A stretch of DNA of 41,954 bases from NCBI GenBank assembly GCA_032718475.1, contig JAUCBJ010001568.1, forward strand, positions 1 through 41,954, read 5' to 3'. Below the pieces are notes generated by a model, which searched no databases, was not told the DNA's origin, and was given only the letters and a program-made list of their open reading frames with translations. Both the position numbers and the translations under genes were made by a program. The stretch is from Nemertoderma westbladi. Taxonomy: Eukaryota; Animalia; Xenacoelomorpha. Of this stretch, positions 22,878 through 32,500 are shown in pieces. Every line of letters starts with the position of its first letter. Within the stretch, counting starts at the first letter, position 1.

Positions 22878-23741
22878 TTTTATTCCAAAATTGTAACATT
22901 ATTCAACGCCGTCAGTATTAACAGCGAGTTGTTATTTAGCACTTTACAACCTTAGAGGACATTACAGCATTGTATTGGCCTGTACAATTAGTATAGTAGT
23001 GGGTGTTGTAATGTCCCATGTTTATGTAGTAACCAATGACGGCGAGCTGTAACGTTACGGCGTCAATGGTTACCACGTAAACAATAGGTGGAAATTTGCC
23101 TCACAGCCAGATAGGCCTACTGTAATACCTACCGGTAGACGGGGTATAGCTATTAATAACCAGTAGGGCCTAGCTATATTATTGTAAACATGGCTCCAAA
23201 CGCCACCATAAATATAAGCTAACTTATTTATAACATAATTTATGTCACTTTTACCTTTATTTATACAGCAACTAATTTAATTTGTGCAGTTTCTATCACT
23301 TATAATATATATATGCAATCATTTCGTAATGTTACAATTTTGGAATAAAACTACATACATACTTGTTGCAATAACTAATTACATACTTGTGTGTAAAGTA
23401 GCACTTTACAGTGTGATGATCCGAGTGGCTTTGTTACACGAACGAACGTTAGTGAGTGAGTGAAAATAAAGCCACAAGCAAATTTCCACCTATTGTTTAC
23501 GTGGTATCCAATGACGGCATTAAGTAATGTCCCCTTAGTGGACATTACTTAACGCTGTCATGGGTTACCACGTAAACAATAACACCAAATACAATACTAA
23601 ATGTACAGGCCAATACAATGTTGTAATGTCCTATAAAGTTGTAAAGTGCTAAATAACCACTCGCTGTTAATACTAACGGCGTTGAGTAGTGTTACAATTT
23701 TGGAATAAAGTACTTTACACACACGTATGTAAATAGTTATT
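22878..23741. mobile_element. Nested inverted-repeat element: ~225-bp inverted arms, each carrying an internal hairpin
   Basis: 22878-23099 is the diverged reverse complement of 23478-23709. Hairpins at ~23018-23086 and 23492-23580 (41-bp arms, 37/41 paired, 7-nt loop). 23371-23400 is inverted relative to 23711-23741. Confidence 0.75.
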
Positions 23742-25190
23742 ACCAGAGCATCAATGCATGGTTTTCATTCACCATTTGATTTGAAGGAAAGTCTATCACG
23801 AACCCAATAATGTTTGTTGCATTTGTGGCCTATGCCGATCGGAACCATTTGTTAGAATGGCCCCAGAACACACAGTCTCTTTATATTCGGCAAATAAGTA
23901 ATAATAATTATACACAATCACAGATCTATGTATTTTAAGATAATTGTTATACGTGTTTGAAATTTTAATTTAATCTTTTTCATTATGTATATTGGTGCCA
24001 TCTGTTGGCTTTATTATTATTATTAATTAAGTAATACAAGACTCATTGGAAAGGTTATTTTTCCAATGAATCATCCATCATGCACTGGTACTGTCGTATC
24101 GCCATCTGATACGAGAGATATGGTATTTGTATTTATTTGTTTTACATGGTGTAGCTTTTAACTGAGCTATTCCACTCAGTCAGTAGGCCTGCTGTACAAT
24201 TTACTGTACTGTACTCTAATATAACTTATGTAGTTTGGATTAACTATTGTAATTTCTTCCGCATTGCTGAGAATGCAACAAATTTATAATCACTAATAAT
24301 TTCAATGCGCTTACAGCTGTTGTTCCAATTAATTGTAATAAATAGGCCTAAATATCTTAAATTTGTAGTAATTGGTAAAACAGTAACAAATTTTTACATT
24401 TTATTTTCTTAAATATTTTTGAATTAGAAATAGTGTGTACTGTTATTATTTGTAATTTTAACTAATACACAAAAATTATTTTATCAAATTAATACATTAT
24501 CCATCACAAACATTTTCCCTGTTAATAATTATCAGCGGCTGACCTAATTAAATATTTGGCTTATATCATCATTTACAATAGACTTTATTATTATTAATCG
24601 TTATTAATAGTTCATTCTCCTATAGCACTTCGATAAATGAAAATTGATAATTAAAAAATAAACCATCAAATAAATTCTAAACGTCAAAAGCAAAATGCCC
24701 CAGCCTTGCTGATAGCAGAGCTAGTGCTGCAAGGTGGACACTTATTGCAGTTTATGAGGGATGGCCGGGAGGGGGGGGGGGGGGGGGGGGTGGTGCTATT
24801 AGCACTCCATATTTTATAACCTAAATCCTTATATATATATCCTTATATATAACCTAAACCTTTTATCAGAGAAACCGAACCTTAATCTAACAGAGCTTTC
24901 TAGACAGAGATCTTGTATTCTTAGCAACAACTACTATACGTAGCCGTGTATAGCGCATTGCATTGTGTAATACAATCAAACGGCAGCCTAAAAGTAACAG
25001 TCTAGACTTTTTACAGTGCCTAACAATACATCAACCAATCCCTCAACTGCGATTAAGTAAAGGCGTAGTAAAAACACCGACCTAGATTGGCTTGCTAGCT
25101 ATTGCAGCATGGATATTAACAAAGGTATTTAATTATTATTTTCGTTGTTGTGTTTTTCGATTAGGCCTACATTCGATATCTATATTTGAG

Positions 25191-25401
25191 TAACTATCCA
25201 TGGTGTTTGAGTAACGTCCTGTTTGTGCCAAGTCTAACTATCCATGGTGTTTGAGTAACGTCCTGTTTGTGCCAAGTATAACTTTCCATGCTGTTTGAGT
25301 AACGTCCTGTTTGTGCCAAGTATAACTTTCCATGCTGTTTGAGTAACGTCCTGTTTGTGCCAAGTATAACTTTCCATGCTGTTTGAGTAACGTCCTGTTT
25401 G
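25191..25401. repeat. 44-bp minisatellite, ~4.8 copies
   Basis: Unit TAACTTTCCATGCTGTTTGAGTAACGTCCTGTTTGTGCCAAGTA starting at 25191, 25235, 25279, 25323 and 25367. Confidence 0.95.
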
Positions 25402-26049
25402 CTTCAGGTCCAGTTTGCGTAACATCATGTTTGCAATATTTCTCGTTTGCGTAACAACCTGTTTATGTGGCGTCAGCTCGCCATAGAAAACAATGAGAAC
25501 TCCCTACACAAATACAGTAGGACGGTAGACCAACAAAATGAAAGTGATACCTTACATAAAAGGGAAAGCTAACCAAACAAGACGTTGTGTAAACTGATGG
25601 TTATCGTTCGGTCCTGTTTGATTAATGTCTCACTCGCCCACAAACTGAGGGTTTAATAGTCTAGCATTCTCTCTTCCACTCACATACGTTCTAGTTGTGA
25701 GTGAAAGATATAAATAATTAAATATTAAATAATTATGGTCTAAGTAAAATACAGTACACGAACGTCGGGTGAATACAAACAGAGACCAAAGACCCAATTA
25801 AAAGTAACCTGCATAATTGTAATATTATATTATTATATTATATTAATGTGCTAACTTTCGTTTATTATTTTGGTTCCCCCAACACGCCTCTGTAAACTGC
25901 TTCTTTACAAACCTTCTCCTTTAAATGGCTATAGGATTTGGGGATTTTGGGGATTGGAACCTAACGCGACTTTATCTCTTTGTTTTTTACAGAACGGGCA
26001 GTAAAGTCTTTGGTCTTTACTCACCCCACGAACGTCCGCCTTTATTGTT

Positions 26050-26452
26050 TATATACTGTAGTTTTGCCTGGACACGTAGACGTCCATGGAACATAAAGCG
26101 GCCGGTATATACTGTAGTTTTGCCTGGACACGTAGAAGTCCATGGAACATAAAGCGGCCGGTATATACTGTAGTTTTGCCTGGACACGTAGACGTCCATG
26201 GAACATAAAGCGGCCGGTATATACTGTAGTTTTGCCTGGACACGTAGAAGTCCATGGAACATAAAGCGGCCGGTATATACTGTAGTTTTGCCTGGACACG
26301 TAGAAGTCCATGGAACATAAAGCGGCCGGTATATACTGTGTTTTGCCTGGACACGTAGAAGTCCATGGAACATAAAGCGGCCGGTATATACTGTAGTTTT
26401 GCCTGGACACGTAGAAGTCCATGGAACATAAAGCGGCCGGTATATACTGTAG
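26050..26452. repeat. 56-bp minisatellite, ~7.2 copies
   Basis: Unit TATATACTGTAGTTTTGCCTGGACACGTAGAAGTCCATGGAACATAAAGCGGCCGG; one unit has a 2-bp deletion. Confidence 0.97.
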
Positions 26453-27269
26453 GCCTATGTTGCGTGTGCCGTCTATCCATAATGGTTATTTTAGAAAAGC
26501 AGTTCGACCCCTTTACTAAAGAAAATTGCAAGATATAAAATAGTAGCCTAGGTCGAGCGAGTTCGGAAAACGGAAATGAGGTTCAATTTCAATTTATTTT
26601 AGTATCACCTTATATACAACAGATCTACAACATATGGGGATAATGAATGGGGTTATTAAATGATAATAGGCCCGCTGGTTGGATGCAAATAACATATTAC
26701 TAGTGGATACAGCCTATCTCATATTGTATTTATCGAAAACATTGCTTTTTTTTGGGGGGGGGGGGGGGGGGGGGGGTGTTGGGGTGGTACTAGGACATGT
26801 TTAAATGTTCGTATAATCCAATGCACGAATTTTAGTTTAGGTTTCACTCTACTTGCTTACCTGCGGCACAAAATCTTGCGGGGGAGATAAAAGTATTAAT
26901 TTGTAGTATTTGCGTATTAGTAGTCTAGTCTGTAATGTCTAGTCCGAGTGTCTAGTCTATCGTGTACATTTTATTGAAGTAATGTTGGTAATTAAAAATC
27001 TCTATCATTGCTTTGTTAAATATTGTCGTAGATGGTAGGGATGATTGTTCCAAATTATGGGACTCTGAGTCGTTCGGGGCTACTGTGAGTCTACATAGTG
27101 GCAGATAAAATATATATTAGGTGTAACTCACTGAGTATTATATGGGCATATTATAGCTATATTATAGCTCGGTAATACTCGTATATATTATACGAGTAAT
27201 ATCATACCGTGTAGGACTCCATAAATACGGCAATCTGATGTTTGAAAGAATATTTAATCATTTATGTAG

Positions 27270-27760
27270 AGGTCCTTCCAAACCTCACTATTCTCCATGG
27301 TTGTTGAAATTTCATTTCTCCCAAGTCCGGTATCCATTTCAAGATGTTTATATTATGTCATATCCTGTCGTTCACTGAGCTTCTGTGTCACAATATAATA
27401 ATCCAATGCAAGAAACGACTACTTCTGGTATTCCATAAGCTCTTAGAATTTCCTACATTTTACCTCTATGGACGGAGTCGAAAGTTTCTTTGAAGTCCAC
27501 AAAGGGCTGAACAGTAGGAACGCTGCAATCTCTTGAATTCCCTCAACCAATCACCGCAGCACAAGTACAGTATCTAAGCTATTGTTAATCTATTTGGATT
27601 CTACTGTATAAGTCCATTTTGGCTCTTACGTAGCAGGTTCTCTATTTAAGGTCTAATTCTATATAAAATCATGTTGCTGTATATTTTGGCAGCTACAGTA
27701 TATCAAGGAGACTAATCCACGAATAAATTACCAACCTAAACTTTTGGATACATCCCTCCT
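27270..27760 (-). mobile_element. Heavily decayed RTE-like LINE reverse-transcriptase fragment (N-terminal RT motifs)
   Basis: Minus-strand frames give RIRP*IENLLRKSQNG, FVDFKETFDSVHRGKM*EILRAYGIPE, corresponding to the QxGF and FxDFxKAFDS motifs of non-LTR RTs. Confidence 0.75.
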
Positions 27761-28504
27761 TAATGACGGTGACGGGTGTCCACTCACACGAACAGATAGC
27801 TATCAATAACAAATGTTTCATTCACATAATACCTTCCCTTCGGCGACCACTACAACTTCAGATATTGTGTGCAGACATCCGTTCTCACACTGCCAATAAA
27901 ACATTCCATCATTATTGTTTAGTTCCTGTTCGTTCCATACCCAACTAAATGCAAGATAAATCAATAAAGCCCAACAGAATATTTGGCGTCCAATGAATAC
28001 AACCTCTGCCTTACTCTAAATCCTTTAACTGTATATTATAGGCCCCATACTCTTGTCTAGCCTAATTACTTTAAGTAGCCGCAGACACATTTTTTCACAG
28101 TTAATTTTTCTTTATTCTCTTATGAAACAGACCCGAATCCCAATATACCAATAATAGAACACACTTAGTATAAAGCACTTACCGCAATAATTATTTCATT
28201 ATACCAGAAAGCATAGCAATCAACGTCGTGCGATACAACTTGAATTGTTTCATATTTGATTCAGTTACATAAAATCAATATTCAATAAATTCATTTTTTA
28301 TATAACAAATTAATTTATCCTTCATTACAGCTTAGTTACAAATTAACAATTATAATAAACTTGTTATTTACATTAACATTTTGTTATAACATTATCGAGT
28401 TATTACTTTGGTCAAATCTTTCGTCATATTCGCTATGTTTTTTTCAATTATTTAAATTTTCCGAGTAAAATTTAATACACAGGATTACATAGCGAATTGA
28501 ATGA

Positions 28505-28645
28505 ATGGCGGATATTTATAGAGACGAGTTGTATAGTTTAGCGTCAGATCAAGATGAAGATAATTACAGCACATGTTCCTCGGAAAATAACAGAAGATTC
28601 AACCTCTCACTTAGTCAGTCATTGCCGAATATTGGTGAAGATAAG
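28505..28645 (+). CDS. GRAMD4: GRAM domain-containing protein 4-like, first coding exon
   Basis: Acceptor at 28481-28482 and in-frame upstream stops before ATG 28505. MADIYRDELYSLASDQDED...PNIGEDK; donor GTAATT at 28646, phase 0, compatible with the next exon. Confidence 0.65.
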
Positions 28646-29147
28646 GTAATTTATTAATAACGTCCCACCCAACATGTTGTTTTGGTTTATTTAATCCGTT
28701 GCCTTCAATTAGCATTTTTGGGGTTTTGGGTTAGGGCCCATGTGAAGTATGGGAGTTATCTGTTGTTATACATCACTTTACAGTTAATACATTTTTGAGA
28801 AAATTAGGATTTCACCAAAACCCCAGGTTACAAAAGGGCTGAATCAACCCAAGCAATAAACGAATTAGTATCCGCAGATGTTTTAATAACGAACTGGGTC
28901 TCATTAAAAAACTCACTAATAATAATTTAAGGAATACAAAATCTTCTTAGGTAAAATTCGAATAAATTTCGACCAAAATTGAAACTCATGGTATTTTTTA
29001 CGTGGGCTTGGGTTCAAGCCCCTCAATGTGGAATGTGGCTAGACATGAACTATTACAATGGTATTACACTGGTATGTAACCAATGTAACCCGAAGACAGT
29101 GTTATGTAGGATTTCGCGAGATTGCAGTATTTGTATTACTTCTTTAG

Positions 29148-29277
29148 GCATTTGATGGTAGCGATGCTGGTGTTACGATGGAAGGATTCAACTGGAACGA
29201 TAGCGAAGCCATCGGGTTACATCTCAACCAATTACAGGAGCAGCTTTTAGAGGTTACACTTGAAAACCAACAGCTAA
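29148..29277 (+). CDS. GRAMD4: GRAMD4-like coding exon 2 (coiled coil)
   Basis: Acceptor tctttAG; AFDGSDAG...HLNQLQEQLLEVTLENQQL; donor GTGAGT at 29278, phase 1. Confidence 0.8.
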
Positions 29278-29352
29278 GTGAGTTGTTTAGCCAATAACAA
29301 ATAAACTTATTGTTTATATGTTTTAACATCCATATATTGTATAAATTATTAC

Positions 29353-29456
29353 GTAATTTAAACAGGACTTATAATGATCCAACTCTTCCAGATTCATTTT
29401 TTCCGCTCTATATATTTGCTATAGAGTTGGATCATCCTAAGTCCGGTTTAAATTAC
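29353..29456. repeat. Small imperfect palindrome, probable MITE, in GRAMD4 intron 2
   Basis: GTAATTTAAACAGGACTTATAATGATCCAACTCT pairs with AGAGTTGGATCATCCTAAGTCCGGTTTAAATTAC (34-bp arms, 3 mismatches). Confidence 0.75.
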
Positions 29457-29534
29457 TTAATATACTTAAACAAATAAACTAATTTTATTTTTCTCATATG
29501 ATGTACATATTCCAACCCTCAATCAGCCAGTTGG

Positions 29535-32500
29535 CGGTGTACCAGTATCTGTTGTAGTTATTGTGTTTCTCCTATAGCGGTGTACCCGTATCTGTTGTAG
29601 TTGTTGTGTTTCTCCTATAGCGGTGTACCAGTATCTGTTGTAGTTGTTGTGTTTCTCTTATAGCGGTGTACCAGTTTATCTGTTGTAGTTGTTGTGTTTC
29701 TCCTGTCGGTGTACCAGTATCTGTTGTAGTTGTTGTGTTTGTCCTATAGCGGTGTACCAGTTTATCTGTTGTAGTTGTTGTGTTTCTCCTGTCGGTGTAC
29801 CAGTATCTGGTGTAGTTGTTGTGTTTCTCCTGTCGGTGTACCAGTATCTGTTGTAGTTGTTGTGTTTCTCCTGTCGGTGTACCAGTATCTGTTGTAGTTG
29901 CTGTGTTTCTCCTATAGCGGTATACCAGTATCTGTTGTAGTTGTTGTGTTTCTCCTATAGCGGTGTACCAGTTTATCTGTTGTAGTTGTTGTGTTTCTCC
30001 TGTCGGTGTACCAGTATCTGTTGTAGTTGCTGTGTTTCTCCTATAGCGGTGTACCAGTATCTGTTGTAGTTGTTGTGTTTCTCCTATAGCGGTGTAACAG
30101 TTTATCTGTTGTAGTTGTTGTGTTTCTCCTGTCGGTGTACCAGTATCTGTTGTAGTTGTTGTGTTTCTCCTATAGCGGTATACCAGTATCTGTTGTAGTT
30201 GTTGTGTTTCTCCTATAGCGGTGTACCAGTTTATCTATTGTAGTTGTTGTGTTTCTCCTGTCGGTGTACCAGTATCTGTTGTAGTTGCTGTGTTTCTCCT
30301 ATAGCGGTGTACCAGTATCTGTTGTAGTTGTTGTGTTTCTCCTATAGCGGTGTACCAGTTTATCTGTTGTAGTTGTTGTGTTTCTCCTGTCGGTGTACCA
30401 GTATCTGTTGTAGTTGTTGTGTTTCTCCTGTCGGTGTACCAGTATCTGTTGTAGTTGCTGTGTTTCTCCTATAGCGGTATACCAGTATCTGTTGTAGTTG
30501 TTGTGTTTCTCCTGTCGGTGTACCAGTATCTGTTGTAGTTGCTGTGTTTCTCCTATAGCGGTGTACCAGTATCTGTTGTAGTTGTTGTGTTTCTCCTATA
30601 GCGGTGTACCAGTTTATCTGTTGTAGTTGCTGTGTTTCTCCTATAGCGGTGTACCAGTATCTGTTTTAGTTGTTGTGTTTCTCCTATAGCGGTGTACCAG
30701 TTTATCTGTTGTAGTTGTTGTGTTTCTCCTGTCGGTGTACCAGTATCTGTTGTAGTTGTTGTGTTTCTCCTGTCGGTGTACCAGTATCTGTTGTAGTTGT
30801 TGTGTTTCTCTTATAGCGGTGTACCAGTATCTGTTGTAGTTGTTGTGTTTCTCCTATAGCGGTGTACCAGTATCTGTTGTAGTTGTTGTGTTTCTCCTAT
30901 AGCGGTGTACCAGTATCCGTTGTAGTTGTTGTGTTTCTCCTGTCGGTGTACCAGTATCTGTTGTAGTTGTTGTGTTTCTCCTGTAGCGGTGTACCAGTAT
31001 CTGTTGTAGTTGTTGTGTTTCTCCTATAGCGGTGTACCAGTATCTGTTGTAGTTGTTGTGTTTCTCCTGTCGGTGTACCAGTAACTGTTGTAGTTGTTGT
31101 GTTTCTCCTGGCGGTGTACCAGTATCTGTTGTAGTTGTTGTGTTTCTCCTGGCAGTGTACCAGTATCTGTTGTAGTTGTTGTGTTTCTCCTGTCGGTGTA
31201 CCAGTATCTGTTGTAGTTGTTGTGTTTCTCCTGTCGGTGTACCAGTATCTGTTGTAGTTGTTGTGTTTCTCCTGTCGGTGTACCAGTATCTGTTGTAGTT
31301 GCTGTGTTTCTCCTATAGCGGTATACCAGTATCTGTTGTAGTTGTTGTGTTTCTCCTATAGCGGTGTACCAGTATCCGTTGTAGTTGTTGTGTTTCTCCT
31401 GTCGGTGTACCAGTATCTGTTGTAGTTGTTGTGTTTCTCCTGTCGGTGTACCAGTATCTGTTGTAGTTGTTGTGTTTCTCCTGTCGGTGTACCAGTATCT
31501 GTTGTAGTTGTTGTGTTTCTCCTATAGCGGTGTACCAGTATCTGTTGTAGTTGTTGTGTTTCTCCTGTCGGTGTACCAGTATCTGTTGTAGTTGTTGTGT
31601 TTCTCCTGTCGGTGTACCAGTATCTGTTGTAGTTGCTGTGTTTCTCCTATAGCGGTATACCAGTATCTGTTGTAGTTGTTGTGTTTCTCCTATAGCGGTG
31701 TACCAGTTTATCTGTTGTAGTTGTTGTGTTTCTCCTGTCGGTGTACCAGTATCTGTTGTAGTTGCTGTGTTTCTCCTATAGCGGTGTACCAGTATCTGTT
31801 GTAGTTGTTGTGTTTCTCCTATAGCGGTGTAACAGTTTATCTGTTGTAGTTGTTGTGTTTCTCCTGTCGGTGTACCAGTATCTGTTGTAGTTGTTGTGTT
31901 TCTCCTATAGCGGTATACCAGTATCTGTTGTAGTTGTTGTGTTTCTCCTATAGCGGTGTACCAGTTTATCTATTGTAGTTGTTGTGTTTCTCCTGTCGGT
32001 GTACCAGTATCTGTTGTAGTTGCTGTGTTTCTCCTATAGCGGTGTACCAGTATCTGTTGTAGTTGTTGTGTTTCTCCTATAGCGGTGTACCAGTTTATCT
32101 GTTGTAGTTGTTGTGTTTCTCCTGTCGGTGTACCAGTATCTGTTGTAGTTGTTGTGTTTCTCCTGTCGGTGTACCAGTATCTGTTGTAGTTGCTGTGTTT
32201 CTCCTATAGCGGTATACCAGTATCTGTTGTAGTTGTTGTGTTTCTCCTGTCGGTGTACCAGTATCTGTTGTAGTTGCTGTGTTTCTCCTATAGCGGTGTA
32301 CCAGTATCTGTTGTAGTTGTTGTGTTTCTCCTATAGCGGTGTACCAGTTTATCTGTTGTAGTTGCTGTGTTTCTCCTATAGCGGTGTACCAGTATCTGTT
32401 TTAGTTGTTGTGTTTCTCCTATAGCGGTGTACCAGTTTATCTGTTGTAGTTGTTGTGTTTCTCCTGTCGGTGTACCAGTATCTGTTGTAGTTGTTGTGTT

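Noticed and set aside
25234-26531. Repetitive ORFs over the 44- and 56-bp minisatellites
   Set aside because: Unit lengths are not multiples of three; the peptides cycle through frames, typical of non-coding repeats.
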